Shown here: positions 37,747-49,711 of the stretch, piece after piece
How the letters are laid out: each line of letters opens with the position of its first letter
Numbering within the stretch: position 1 is the stretch's first letter
Assembly: GCA_963836755.1 (NCBI GenBank)
Contig: CAWIKF010000002.1
Location: forward strand, 1,632,001 to 1,696,000
Direction: 5' to 3'
Length of the DNA stretch: 64,000 nucleotides
Source of the DNA: an uncultured Verrucomicrobiae bacterium
GTDB lineage: Bacteria; Verrucomicrobiota; Verrucomicrobiia; Chthoniobacterales; Chthoniobacteraceae
The notes under the pieces: model-generated
Database searches by the model: none
What the model saw: the letters and a program-made list of their open reading frames with translations, nothing else
Told to the model about the DNA's origin: nothing
Position numbers and translations under genes: made by a program

Positions 37747-38760
37747 ATGCAACTCGCAGTCCTCAATCCCGGCGGACGAGATCCGGAGCAGGCGTTTCGC
37801 GACTTTGCCGGCGAGCCCGATGATCGCGTGCATGCGCCGGTCAACTATCACGCCTACGCGGCATGCACCGGCGGCGCATTTTATGAAAATGCCGCGGCGA
37901 TTTCGGCGGCGCAGCGTCATGTCCTGCTGCTCATCCGACGCGATTTGCGCGAATGCCTGGACGCGCTGCGGGAATTGAAAGCAGCGGGTAAAATTGTGGC
38001 AGTTTCGCTGAAAGAATCCGGCGCCGCTCAGTTTGCGCACGCGTTTGCAGACGCACTTCGGATGGAACTTTTTCGCGAAATCTGCGCGCTTGCCGGCGCG
38101 GCTCTCAGCAGCACGCCCGACCTCGTGCCCATCTACCAGACGGCGGGCGCCCAAGTCGCGGAATTCATTCCGACGCCGTATCCGGTGGATGATGCGCGGT
38201 GGGATTTTTCCGAGCCGATTGCTCCACGGCGCGGCGTCTTCATCGGAACGCGCGAGCTCGATGTTTCATCGCGCCATCATCTTGCGGCTGTGCTTGCGGC
38301 CATGGAATTGCGTGCGCCGATCACGGTGATCAATCGCGACGGACGCGCCGGGCGACGACCGCTGGAAATGCTTGGCTGCAAAAGTTTAAACATCGTCGAA
38401 GGCCCGCTGCCTTACACGGCCTACCTGAAATTGATGGCGCGCCATCGGCTGGTTTTTCAACTCGATCGCAGCGCGGTGCCGGGTCAGGTCGCCGGCGATG
38501 CATTGCTGTGCCGCATCCCATGCGTCGGCGGGGACGGCGCGATTGAACGGATTGTTTTTCCCGACTCGCACGGTCACGGACCCAGTCGTGGTTCCGCTGC
38601 GCTCATGCCGATCACGGCAAAGTTACTCGCTGATGATGCGGCTTACGCGCAGGCTATCGAGAACTCACAGCGATTGGCGCGCGAGCAGGTTTCCTTCAGC
38701 GCGATCAGAGCGCGGCTTGAGGATTTTTTTCAGCGGCTCGAGAGAACGGAGCGCGCCTAA
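37747..38760 (+). CDS. Hypothetical protein, GT-B glycosyltransferase-like C-terminus
   Basis: LPYTAYLKLM...VPGQVAGDALLCRIPCVG resembles the GT4 nucleotide-sugar-binding segment. Confidence 0.5.
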   Translation: MQLAVLNPGGRDPEQAFRDFAGEPDDRVHAPVNYHAYAACTGGAFYENAAAISAAQRHVLLLIRRDLRECLDALRELKAAGKIVAVSLKESGAAQFAHAFADALRMELFREICALAGAALSSTPDLVPIYQTAGAQVAEFIPTPYPVDDARWDFSEPIAPRRGVFIGTRELDVSSRHHLAAVLAAMELRAPITVINRDGRAGRRPLEMLGCKSLNIVEGPLPYTAYLKLMARHRLVFQLDRSAVPGQVAGDALLCRIPCVGGDGAIERIVFPDSHGHGPSRGSAALMPITAKLLADDAAYAQAIENSQRLAREQVSFSAIRARLEDFFQRLERTERA

Positions 38761-39986
38761 TTGCAGAGAAGCGCCGCCCGGTCAATCCCGTGCAACTCGA
38801 ACAGGCGCAGGATCGTGTCCTCGATCAGGTTGTTCGGACAGCTCGCGCCGGCAGTGATGCCGATGGTGAGCGGCAGCGTCGGAAGCCAATTTTCGGTCTC
38901 GATTTCGCGATGCTGGTGCAAGTTGTAATGCGTGATTTTTTGACGCGATTGAAGGCGGCTCGCGTTGCGGATGAAATACGTGGGCAACTTTTCCTCGCCC
39001 ATCTCCGCGAGGTGCGACGTGTTCGAGCTGTTGTAGCCGCCGACGACGATGAGCAGGTTCAACCGGTCGTGAAACATGTCGCGCAAGGCATCCTGCCGTT
39101 CCTGTGTCGCGCCGCAAATGGTGTCAAAAAAGCGGAAGCTCTGTTTTACAGCGTGTTCGCCGTCGCGGTCCTTCACCGCAGCTTCAATGCGGCGCTGCAC
39201 CTCCTCGGTTTCGCCGCGCATCATCGTCGTCTGGTTGGCTACGCCAACGCGACGCAGATGCACGTCGGGATCAAATCCGGGGCTGTAGCCGCCGCGAAAT
39301 TTTTCCAAAAACGCATGTTTATCGCCTCCATGCCGGATGTATTCACAAACGTAATCAGTGTCCGCGAGCGTGAGCACGATCAAGTAATGACCTTTGCCGC
39401 CGACGATGGCGCGGCTCGCTGTCGCCTTGGTTTCCTCGTGTTCGGCCTTGCCGTGAATGATCGACGTGACGTCATCACTGGCATTTTGTCGCACGCGTTT
39501 CCAGACGCTCATCACATCGCCGCAGGTGGTATCGACGATCTGACAGCGACGCTCCTTGATGCGCGCGAGCGTTGTTACATCGGTGCCGAACGCGGGCACG
39601 ATCACGACATCCTCGGGCGTGAGGTCATCGACTTCGGCTTCCTTGCTTTGGCCAATCAAATTTTTGATGCCGAGCGCGCGGATTTGCTCGTTGACCTCTG
39701 GGTTGTGGATGATTTCGCCGAGGATGAAAAGGCGGCGATCGGTGAAAACTTTTGCTGCCGCGTAGGCGAGATCGATCGCGCGCTCGACGCCGTAGCAAAA
39801 GCCAAATTGCTTCGCGAGCTTCACCGTCAGCCCGCTGTGCGTGAGCGTGCCGCCGCTGGCGCGTAATTTTTCAACGACCTCGCTGCGATAATGCGATTCG
39901 ACCTGCGCCTGCACCGCCGTCATCACGTCGGGCGTGCGCAGGTTTACGCGCTTCGCGGGGGCGGTGGGGAGAGCAGGCGTGCTCAA
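38757..39986 (-). CDS. ispH: 4-hydroxy-3-methylbut-2-enyl diphosphate reductase (long, cyanobacterial/plant-like form)
   Basis: FGFCYGVERA, IIHNP, DTTC, HEET, NQTTM, TICGATQERQ, GGYNSSNT, TAGASCP. Confidence 0.95.
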   Translation of the reverse strand: MSTPALPTAPAKRVNLRTPDVMTAVQAQVESHYRSEVVEKLRASGGTLTHSGLTVKLAKQFGFCYGVERAIDLAYAAAKVFTDRRLFILGEIIHNPEVNEQIRALGIKNLIGQSKEAEVDDLTPEDVVIVPAFGTDVTTLARIKERRCQIVDTTCGDVMSVWKRVRQNASDDVTSIIHGKAEHEETKATASRAIVGGKGHYLIVLTLADTDYVCEYIRHGGDKHAFLEKFRGGYSPGFDPDVHLRRVGVANQTTMMRGETEEVQRRIEAAVKDRDGEHAVKQSFRFFDTICGATQERQDALRDMFHDRLNLLIVVGGYNSSNTSHLAEMGEEKLPTYFIRNASRLQSRQKITHYNLHQHREIETENWLPTLPLTIGITAGASCPNNLIEDTILRLFELHGIDRAALLCN

Positions 39987-39989
39987 AAC

Positions 39990-40631
39990 TTAGTCCAGCA
40001 GCAACTGCCCCGGCGGATCCTGGAAATACGTGTCCGACATCAGGCGCGCGGCCGGCGGATCGGGAGCATTGCGCTGGTCGAGATGCTGCACAGTTTTACC
40101 GATTGTTGCATCCTCAGGCTGCGTCGGCTCGATGTTTACGGGAGTGCCGATTTTGGTCAGCGCGAACAGACGAGCCGCGGCTTCTTTGTGCAAGCGGATG
40201 CAGCCGTGCGTGCGCGGAACCGACCAGACGAAACCCTCGTGAAAACCATACGACGGCGCGAACTCCTGCCAAAAGCCCATCGGGTAGCCGACTGCTACGC
40301 TTTGCCCGTGATGAATATCGGCCGGCTCGCCGTTGCGCGTGAAGCCGAAGCTGCCGGAGCGCTTTTTGCGCTGCTTGCTGATGATCGAGTGATGGCCGAG
40401 CGGCGTCGACCCGTTTTCGCCGACGCAGCCTTGCACCGCCATGAGGCAGCGGTCGCCTTCCATGACATAGATGTGCTCGGTCGAGGTCGAAACATCGACG
40501 CGCACGGCATTCGGATTATGCGGCTTGTAAGCGGTCACGTGATACTCGCCGCCGGAGGAGGAGCCGGTCGCGCAGCCCGAGACGAAAAGAGCGCCGATCG
40601 CGGCGAAGAGAAAGGGCAGGATTTTTTTCAT
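39990..40631 (-). CDS. L,D-transpeptidase family lipoprotein
   Basis: VSGC lipobox; TPLG; GYPM; GFHEG...RTHGCIRL. Confidence 0.88.
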   Translation of the reverse strand: MKKILPFLFAAIGALFVSGCATGSSSGGEYHVTAYKPHNPNAVRVDVSTSTEHIYVMEGDRCLMAVQGCVGENGSTPLGHHSIISKQRKKRSGSFGFTRNGEPADIHHGQSVAVGYPMGFWQEFAPSYGFHEGFVWSVPRTHGCIRLHKEAAARLFALTKIGTPVNIEPTQPEDATIGKTVQHLDQRNAPDPPAARLMSDTYFQDPPGQLLLD

Positions 40632-40685
40632 GAATTGCTATGAGCAGAAAGCGCATCATCGCTGTTTTGTCAAACACGGAAGGCG

Positions 40686-41657
40686 CTATTCCCGCGTCTG
40701 CTCGCGCCAAAGTTTTTCAAATTTTGACGACGGATTTGCGTAGAACGGATACGGGCGCTGCGCATCCGCCGGCCGATAGCGCCAATGTTTATAAGCCCAC
40801 ATCCACGATTCCGGATTCTCGCGCACCCACGGCTCCAATTGGTTCCAGCAAAGTTGCGCGATCTGCGCCAGCGTCGCGTCGGCGGGCACTGCGATCGGCG
40901 GATGCAAAACCGCATGGCATCTGCCATCGGGAAAAGAGCGACTCTCCATCGGGACCAATGCCGCGCCGCCGCGTTCGGCGAGCACCGCGTGAAGCAGCGT
41001 GACGCAAGTTTTCATTCCAAATGTTTCGATGATCGCCGCGGCTTGTGTCGGCGGGAGATTCAAGTCGACCAGGATTCCGCCGAAGCCGCCGCGTTTTACA
41101 TGTTTTAACAGACGGATCATCGACCGGTCCTGCGAAATCATCTGATGCCCCGAGACCTGGCGCAGGCGGCGGAACACCGCGTCGAGGAGTGGGTTTTTGA
41201 AATCCTCCGTCACGATCATGCCGGGGAATCCGCAGAAACCGCCGGCGAGGCTCGCCCATTCGAAGTTCTCCTGATGGATGCACATCATGATCGCGCCGCG
41301 GCCCTCCGCGCGCAGTTTTTCCAAAACTTCCCCGCCATCGAGCGTCATGTATTTCTGGAAATTTTTCGCATTCACGCGCGGCGACCAGAACAAATTCAGC
41401 ATCGTTCGCGCGAAGCCGCGATACGACTTTTGCGCGATTTTTTCGCGCTCGCGCGGTGAATATTTTTCGCTGAAAGCAACTGCAAGATTTGCCAGCGCGA
41501 CTGCACGGCCGCGACTGTCGAAACGGTATGCAACGCTGCCGAGCGCGTTCGCGAGCATTGTGCAAACTCGATGCGGCAGCAGTGGCACGCCGTGCGCGAG
41601 CAGCTCGCAGCCGAGCCACTCGAGACGATGGCGAATCTTTTTCCAAACATTCTGCAC
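40686..41657 (-). CDS. Lipid A late acyltransferase / lysophospholipid acyltransferase (LpxL/HtrB family)
   Basis: H-x4-E motif HQENFE, KNPLLD, LVD, C-terminal PESWMWAYKHWR; start set at GTG 41657 because the longer ORF start overlaps the pilB promoter. Confidence 0.85.
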   Translation of the reverse strand: MQNVWKKIRHRLEWLGCELLAHGVPLLPHRVCTMLANALGSVAYRFDSRGRAVALANLAVAFSEKYSPREREKIAQKSYRGFARTMLNLFWSPRVNAKNFQKYMTLDGGEVLEKLRAEGRGAIMMCIHQENFEWASLAGGFCGFPGMIVTEDFKNPLLDAVFRRLRQVSGHQMISQDRSMIRLLKHVKRGGFGGILVDLNLPPTQAAAIIETFGMKTCVTLLHAVLAERGGAALVPMESRSFPDGRCHAVLHPPIAVPADATLAQIAQLCWNQLEPWVRENPESWMWAYKHWRYRPADAQRPYPFYANPSSKFEKLWREQTRE

Positions 41658-41743
41658 GGCGCGTAGTAAAATACGCGGCGGTCGAAAAACGAAAGCTCCT
41701 TTCGCCGCGGCGGCGGAATCATCTTGGAAAGTCTTGCCGCCCG

Positions 41744-41772
41744 TTGACATGGCGAAGCCGCATCAATAGTTT
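41744..41772 (+). promoter_or_regulatory. Sigma70-type promoter of the pilB-pilT-pilB operon
   Basis: TTGACA-17 nt-TAGTTT, 22 nt upstream of the GTG start. Confidence 0.65.
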
Positions 41773-41794
41773 TTAAGAACAAACCTCCTCCCGA

Positions 41795-43498
<1,704 letters not shown>

Positions 43499-43503
43499 AG
43501 GCC

Positions 43504-44580
43504 ATGGCAACGACTCCGATGGATGATCTTCTTCGTCTGGTCATCGACGAGGAAGGCTCGGATTTGCACATCGGCGTGGGCGTGCCGCCGACGCTGCGGA
43601 TCAAAGGCGCGCTGCGGAAACTCGATTTGCCGCCGCTGACGCCGGAGGATTGCGAAACGCTGGTGCGCGAGATCGCGGACGACAATCAGTTTGAAAAATT
43701 GAACACGGAAGGGAGCGCGGATTTCGCGATTTCGTTTCGCGACGACAACCGTTTTCGCGTGAACGTTTTTCGCGAGAAACGTTATTACGCTGCGGCGATT
43801 AGACTTTTGCCGAAAAAGTTGATGACGCTTGAGCAAATCGGTCTGCCGCCGGCGGTGCGCGGTTTGCTCGATCTGCCGCGCGGCCTCGTGCTCGTCACCG
43901 GCCCGACGGGTTCGGGCAAAACTACTTCGCTCGCGAGCATGCTGACGGTGATCAATGAAACGTCGCCGCGGCACATCATCACCATCGAGGATCCGGTGGA
44001 ATATTTTCTCGATCACCGGCTCGGAATTATCCATCAGCGCGAGATCGGCGTGGACGTGCCGACCTTTGCCGATGGCCTGCGACGCGCTCTGCGACAGGAT
44101 CCGGACGTGATTCTCGTCGGCGAGATGCGCGATCTCGAGACGATTGAAACTGCGATCACTGCCGCAGAAACCGGGCATCTCGTTTTTTCCACGCTGCACA
44201 CAACCGGCGCTGCGCGCACGATCGACCGCATCATCGATGCATTTCCCGCCGATCGGCAGGAGCAAATCCGCGTGCAGATGTCGACGAATTTGAAGGCCGT
44301 GCTTTCGCAGGTCCTGCTGCCGCGCTCGGATGGGAAAGGGCGCGTCGCCGCATTCGATCTGATGATCAACACGACATCGATCGCGGCTTTGATCCGCGAC
44401 AACAAATCATTCCGAATCCCGAACGATATTTTGACGGGCTCGAAATACGGAATGGTGTCGCTGGAAAATTCGCTCGTTGAGTTATATCGGAGTAATTTGA
44501 TCAGTCGTGAAACCGTGCTGTCGATGGCGCAGGACCCGCAGGTCGCGCGTCAACTTCTCGGCGAAGTGTCGGACATTTAG
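43504..44580 (+). CDS. pilT: Type IV pilus retraction ATPase PilT family
   Basis: SDLH, RFRVNVF, GPTGSGKTTSLA, IEDPVE, ALRQDPDVILVGEMRD, TAAETGHLVFSTLHT. Confidence 0.9.
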   Translation: MATTPMDDLLRLVIDEEGSDLHIGVGVPPTLRIKGALRKLDLPPLTPEDCETLVREIADDNQFEKLNTEGSADFAISFRDDNRFRVNVFREKRYYAAAIRLLPKKLMTLEQIGLPPAVRGLLDLPRGLVLVTGPTGSGKTTSLASMLTVINETSPRHIITIEDPVEYFLDHRLGIIHQREIGVDVPTFADGLRRALRQDPDVILVGEMRDLETIETAITAAETGHLVFSTLHTTGAARTIDRIIDAFPADRQEQIRVQMSTNLKAVLSQVLLPRSDGKGRVAAFDLMINTTSIAALIRDNKSFRIPNDILTGSKYGMVSLENSLVELYRSNLISRETVLSMAQDPQVARQLLGEVSDI

Positions 44581-44589
44581 AATCATCCC

Positions 44590-46275
44590 ATGAATGCAAA
44601 ACAAGTGATCGATCTTTACGTGGACAACGGAATCATGGACACCGCGCAGGCGGAGGATTTGATGCTGCAAATCGCGTCGTCCGGCCTCGATGTCGTCGAC
44701 GCGCTCGTCGATTTCGGCTTCACTTCGCGTGAAGATTTTTACCACACGCTTGCCGACTCGCTCGGCACCGAAGTCGTGAATTTGACGGGCTTTGAGCCAT
44801 CGCAGGATGTCTTGCGGCTCGTGCCCGCTGGGCTTGCGCGGCTGCATGGCGCGCTCCCGATCGGCATGAATGGCGACGCGATCACCGTCTGCCTCGTCGA
44901 TCCGCTCAATTCGCAGGTTCCGGAGGATTTGCGATTCGCACTCGGGCGAAACATTCACGTCGTCGTCGCGCCGACGAACCAGATCGAGGAGCTGCTGCGG
45001 AAACTTTACGGCACCGATGCCGGCAGCATGGATGAAATCCTCGCGCAGCTCGGCGGCGAGGAAATTCAGTTCGGCGAAGAGGGGCAGATTGATCTAAAAA
45101 ATATCGAGGCCGAGGCGAACGCGACGCCGATCATTCGCTACGTTGATTTGATTTTGTATCAAGCAATCCAGGACCGCGCGAGCGACATCCATTTCGAGCC
45201 GTTCGAGACGGAATTCAAAATTCGCTACCGCGTCGATGGAGCGCTTTATGAAATGGCGCCGCCGCCGCGGCATCTCGCGCTGCCGGTGATTTCGCGCGTC
45301 AAAGTTATGGCGAATCTGAACATCGCCGAGCGCCGCCTGCCGCAGGACGGGCGCATTCAAAAATCGATCGCTGGCCGGCAGGTCGATCTGCGCGTTTCCA
45401 GCTTGCCCACGCAATTCGGCGAAAGCGTCGTCCTGCGCGTGCTTGACCGCACCACGGTCAACCTGAACATCGAGTCGCTCGGGATGCCGGATTACATTTT
45501 AAATTACATCCTGCACACGATTCAAAAGCCGAACGGGATTTTTATTGTCACTGGCCCGACCGGTTCCGGCAAGACGACCACGCTTTACGCGTGTCTAAAT
45601 AAGATTAATACAATCGATTCCAAGCTGTTGACGGCAGAGGATCCTGTCGAATACGACATCGAAGGGATCATCCAGGTGCCGGTGAACGAGTCGATCGGCC
45701 TGACTTTTGGCCGCGTGCTCCGAGCGTTCTTGCGGCAGGATCCGGACCGCATCATGGTGGGTGAAACACGCGATCTCGAGACGGCGCAGATATCGATCCA
45801 GGCCTCACTCACCGGCCACCTTGTCTTCTCTACTTTGCACACCAATGACGCCCCCGGAGCTGTCACTCGGCTTGTCGACATGGGCGTCGAGCCGTTCATG
45901 ATTTCCTCGTCGCTCGAGGGCGTCCTCGCGCAAAGGCTTATTCGCAAAATCTGCCAAAATTGCCGCACCGCCTATGAGCCGACGGAAGCCGTGCTGGCTC
46001 AACTCGGACTTTCACCGCATGAAATCGGCGACAAGAATTTCTACTACGGCAAAGGCTGCGACAATTGCAATAACACTGGCTACAAAGGTCGCAAAGGGAT
46101 CTACGAGTTGCTGGACATGACCGATCCAATCCGCGAGCTAATCAATCAGCGGGCACCAACTGTCGTGTTGCGCCAGAAGGCCATGGAGCTTGGCATGGTT
46201 ACTCTTCGCGACGATGGACTGCGGAGCATCTATGATGGTGAAACCACCATCGAAGAGGTGTTGAAATACACCTAG
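44590..46275 (+). CDS. pilB: Type IV pilus/T2SS assembly ATPase PilB/GspE (2)
   Basis: ASDIHFEP, IAERRLPQDGRI, GPTGSGKTTTLY, LRQDPD, CxxC...CxxC, GETTIEEV. Confidence 0.9.
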   Translation: MNAKQVIDLYVDNGIMDTAQAEDLMLQIASSGLDVVDALVDFGFTSREDFYHTLADSLGTEVVNLTGFEPSQDVLRLVPAGLARLHGALPIGMNGDAITVCLVDPLNSQVPEDLRFALGRNIHVVVAPTNQIEELLRKLYGTDAGSMDEILAQLGGEEIQFGEEGQIDLKNIEAEANATPIIRYVDLILYQAIQDRASDIHFEPFETEFKIRYRVDGALYEMAPPPRHLALPVISRVKVMANLNIAERRLPQDGRIQKSIAGRQVDLRVSSLPTQFGESVVLRVLDRTTVNLNIESLGMPDYILNYILHTIQKPNGIFIVTGPTGSGKTTTLYACLNKINTIDSKLLTAEDPVEYDIEGIIQVPVNESIGLTFGRVLRAFLRQDPDRIMVGETRDLETAQISIQASLTGHLVFSTLHTNDAPGAVTRLVDMGVEPFMISSSLEGVLAQRLIRKICQNCRTAYEPTEAVLAQLGLSPHEIGDKNFYYGKGCDNCNNTGYKGRKGIYELLDMTDPIRELINQRAPTVVLRQKAMELGMVTLRDDGLRSIYDGETTIEEVLKYT

Positions 46276-46284
46276 CTCTCGGAG

Positions 46285-47205
46285 TCAAAACTTCGCATCG
46301 AGGGACACCTGGCCATAAGCCGCACCCTGCTGCGTTTCAAAACGCTTCCCAGCGCGATGGAAATCAAACTCGCGATAAGGCATGTAGCCACCATCGACTT
46401 CAACGATAACACCTGACGCGAGCTTCCAGCTCAATCCGCCACCGACTCGAATCTCGGCATACTCGACTATCGCATTGTTCAGCCGCGGTTGGTTGGTTCC
46501 AAGATCACCCGAGACGCGAAAGGTTCCGTCCTTTATATCCGCTCCGGTAAATAGAGTAAGACTTTTACTCCATTCAAATTCCAGCCGCGGCGTTGGCAGC
46601 ACAGCATCGAGCACCCATCGATCCAGGAAGCTCCAGCGCACGCCAATTGCAGGAATGACGGGATACTCGCGATTGACATCAATACTTAGACCTAGAATCC
46701 ATTGCAGATTTGCGCCGGCAATGTAGGAGCCGCCGATGATGAAAGGAACATTGAAGTCGGAGCTTCTTAGGTCGCTAGACCCGCCGTAGAAACCAGGAGC
46801 CGCCTCGACGCGCACCAGCCATGAATCAAAAAGTTGCAGATCAACTCCAACGACAGCATTAACAGCTTGGAGCGTGTTTGGAAATGGTGCGAGCCGCGGT
46901 AGGCCGAATGAGAATCGCTGAAGTTCCAGGCCGAAGCGGTAAAGAGGCCCTTCACCCCACTGAGGACTGACGACAAAATGAACAAGGCTACTTTGTTCCG
47001 AAACATTTCCTTCTTGTCGCTCATTTAACTTAGTTTTGGCATCACCTACATAGGAGTAGTTGAGATCAGCTTCGTAGGACAGCTTCGGCTTGTGAGAAAT
47101 CGAATCATCAGCATTTTGGGCGCGGGCAGAAGCGATAGCTCCGAATGCAGTTGTCGCCAACAGGAGTCTGGCTACTTTTTTCGCGAACGCGGCGCAAGCT
47201 ATCAT
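46285..47205 (-). CDS. Putative outer-membrane beta-barrel protein (DUF6268-like)
   Basis: Signal peptide, alternating amphipathic strands, YPVIPAIGVRW, LPTPRL, C-terminal Phe. Confidence 0.7.
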   Translation of the reverse strand: MIACAAFAKKVARLLLATTAFGAIASARAQNADDSISHKPKLSYEADLNYSYVGDAKTKLNERQEGNVSEQSSLVHFVVSPQWGEGPLYRFGLELQRFSFGLPRLAPFPNTLQAVNAVVGVDLQLFDSWLVRVEAAPGFYGGSSDLRSSDFNVPFIIGGSYIAGANLQWILGLSIDVNREYPVIPAIGVRWSFLDRWVLDAVLPTPRLEFEWSKSLTLFTGADIKDGTFRVSGDLGTNQPRLNNAIVEYAEIRVGGGLSWKLASGVIVEVDGGYMPYREFDFHRAGKRFETQQGAAYGQVSLDAKF

Positions 47206-48221
47206 CGCCTGCTGATATCCTTTTGAAATAGAACGATAGTCCTCTGAATCTCCTTCATCATCGCCGCGCCGGAACCCATGCGTTCGATGCCGTGAAGTTC
47301 ACTGAGGGACAGGGACGAAAGACTGTCGGTGCGCCACACCAATGTCGACGCGTGACCATTCACCGTGACGGGCCACAATTGATAGAATGAGAGAAAAACG
47401 AAATAGCCGCCGCTCGAGTAGTATTGCAAGTCGAGCATCTGTGCGTTTTCACCGGCGGGCATGGAATAGGATGCGCCGAGTGCCAGCGCGCCATCGCCTT
47501 CTACATCGAACAACTCCCAGTAAGACGACGGCGCGAGTGATCCTGTGCCACCTCCCAGCGGAGTTTGCGAGATGATCGGCTGAAACTGTTCGTGAACCTT
47601 TGGCTGCTCTTTTAAAAGTCGTGCGACTTCTTCGCTGACTCGGACGGATTGGCTACCTGAATCGTATGGCGGTTGTGACGAAAGCCCTTGGCTGGCAAAT
47701 CCGATCGCCCTTTGCAGAAGCAGATGACTCCAGAAAGCGCTCACGGAGCCCATTGCCCCGGAGCCATTTCCTTGATTCGATTTTCCAAAGTTCTTTGCTT
47801 CCGCTGCACTCACTTGTAGTTGATTGCTATTCGGAAGTTTACGCGTCGCGGCAACTAATCCACGGACTGCGGCATTGTTCGGCGCGGAGCCAAGCTTCGA
47901 GAAGTCATTCGCAACAGGCGGCGCTGAAATGTCCGAATGAAGGTAGACCTTTAGTTCCGGATTTCGCGCAGGATCCCATTGCCTATGAAGTTCCATGGTC
48001 TTCGTCACTGGCGCAGAGACGAGATAAAGCGCCTGCACGGCGAGATCGCGCGGAAACGGCAAAGCAGGAGCCCGAGCTACCATCACCTTTCCAACAGCGA
48101 GCTTGTTCAAATCGACGCGTCCGAACACTGAGCATTTGGCCAGGTCATTAATCGGATCCGCTTTGGCGCCAGCCATGAGGCCGATGAGTAAAAGGGTGAA
48201 GAGCAGAGAAATCGTTTTCAT
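47202..48221 (-). CDS. Secreted hypothetical protein
   Basis: Signal peptide ending AKA; 4-bp ATGA overlap with the barrel gene. Confidence 0.7.
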   Translation of the reverse strand: MKTISLLFTLLLIGLMAGAKADPINDLAKCSVFGRVDLNKLAVGKVMVARAPALPFPRDLAVQALYLVSAPVTKTMELHRQWDPARNPELKVYLHSDISAPPVANDFSKLGSAPNNAAVRGLVAATRKLPNSNQLQVSAAEAKNFGKSNQGNGSGAMGSVSAFWSHLLLQRAIGFASQGLSSQPPYDSGSQSVRVSEEVARLLKEQPKVHEQFQPIISQTPLGGGTGSLAPSSYWELFDVEGDGALALGASYSMPAGENAQMLDLQYYSSGGYFVFLSFYQLWPVTVNGHASTLVWRTDSLSSLSLSELHGIERMGSGAAMMKEIQRTIVLFQKDISRR

Positions 48222-48247
48222 AGAAATTCGAAGCCGAGATGCAAAAG

Positions 48248-49711
48248 CTAAGGCGTCAAAGTTCCCAACTTTCGCGTGAGAATTTCGTTGACGATGACAG
48301 GGTTTGCTTTGCCTTTCGAGAGTTTCATTACCTGACCTTTGATGGCATTGATTGCTTGGAGTTTGCCGGCGCGATATTCGGCAACCGCTTTTGCGCCAGT
48401 GGCAATGGCGTCGTCACAAAGAGCCTCGATCGCGCTCAGATCGCTTTCCTGTTTTAGTCCTCGTTCTTCGATGATCGCTCCAGCGCTTTTTCCCGTCGCA
48501 AACATTTCCGCAAACACTTCCTTTGCCTGACTGCTGTTGATCTTCCCTTCATCGAGATGGTTCACTAGCTCGTCCAATGCGGATGCGGAAATGGGACAAT
48601 CGGCGATCGATTGTTCGGTGCTGCTCAAAGCATTCTGTAGGTCGTTGAGTATCCAATTCGCCACGCTCTTTGGGCGTCGTGCGCTACCTGCGGCTTTTTC
48701 AAAGTAGCGCGCGAGTTCCACATCGTTGGAAAGCACGCCTGCGTCGTAAGGACTGACGCCAAATTGCGAAACGAATCGCGCACGTTTTTGCGCGGGCAGT
48801 TCGGGAACGCGACTGCGCACTTCATCCATGAACGCTCCTGTCTTCACCGGCAGCAAATCGGGATCGGGAAAGTAACGGTAGTCATGCGCCATTTCCTTTG
48901 TCCGCATGAGAAAGGTCTGGCTGATTGCGTCGTTCCAGCCGCGCGTTTCCTGTTGAAGCTTTTCGCCGCGGGAGAGCGCTTCTTTTTGGCGATCGATCTC
49001 AAAAGCAAGCGCGCGGCGCACGCCGGAAATCGTGTTCATGTTTTTGATTTCGATCTTCGTGCCGAGCGCGAGCTGACCTTCGGGACGGACACTGACATTG
49101 CAGTCGCAGCGGAGCTGACCTTTTTCCATGTCGGCATCGCTGACGCCGCCATAAATGAGGATTTGTTTGAGCGAAGTCAGGTAGGCGAAAGCTTCTTCCG
49201 GCGATGCGAGATCGGGCTCCGAGACTACTTCCATGAGAGGCGTGCCGGCGCGGTTGAAATCAATGCCGGTGCTGCTTTCAAAATGAAAACTTTTCGCGAC
49301 ATCCTCCTCGAGATGAATGCGCACGAGTCGAACGGTTTTGTCCGGATGAGCGATGTTTTTCTGCGCGTCCTTGGGATAAGCCATGTCGTGGAGCGGGACG
49401 CCGCCGCCGAGGCAGATTGGCAGGTCGTATTGCGAAATCTGATAGTTCTTCGGCATGTCCGGATAGAAGTAATTCTTCCGGTCAAACTTGCACACCGAGG
49501 CGATTTCGCAGCCGAGCATCAAACCCGTGAGCGCGGTCATGCGTAGCGCTTCCTCATTCATCACCGGCAACGCGCCTGGCAATCCGAGGCAGGTCGGGCA
49601 GGTGTGCGAGTTCGGCGCCACGCCATATTCGACTGCGCAGCCGCAAAACATTTTGCTGCGCGTCTTGAGCTGGACGTGAACTTCTAGACCGATGGTGGGA
49701 ATGAAATTCAT
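48248..49711 (-). CDS. gatB: Asp/Glu-tRNA(Asn/Gln) amidotransferase subunit B
   Basis: IGLEVHVQL, FDRKNYFYPD.PK.YQISQ, HLEED, NRAGTPL.E, EIKN.N, DYRYFPDPDL. Confidence 0.97.
   Translation of the reverse strand: MNFIPTIGLEVHVQLKTRSKMFCGCAVEYGVAPNSHTCPTCLGLPGALPVMNEEALRMTALTGLMLGCEIASVCKFDRKNYFYPDMPKNYQISQYDLPICLGGGVPLHDMAYPKDAQKNIAHPDKTVRLVRIHLEEDVAKSFHFESSTGIDFNRAGTPLMEVVSEPDLASPEEAFAYLTSLKQILIYGGVSDADMEKGQLRCDCNVSVRPEGQLALGTKIEIKNMNTISGVRRALAFEIDRQKEALSRGEKLQQETRGWNDAISQTFLMRTKEMAHDYRYFPDPDLLPVKTGAFMDEVRSRVPELPAQKRARFVSQFGVSPYDAGVLSNDVELARYFEKAAGSARRPKSVANWILNDLQNALSSTEQSIADCPISASALDELVNHLDEGKINSSQAKEVFAEMFATGKSAGAIIEERGLKQESDLSAIEALCDDAIATGAKAVAEYRAGKLQAINAIKGQVMKLSKGKANPVIVNEILTRKLGTLTP

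Noticed and set aside
36757..38154. 465-aa minus-strand ORF
   Set aside because: Antisense across two plus-strand genes; Arg/Ala-rich with no motifs
41658..41750. N-terminal extension of the acyltransferase
   Set aside because: Overlaps the -35 box of the divergent pilB promoter; family-like sequence starts near GTG 41657
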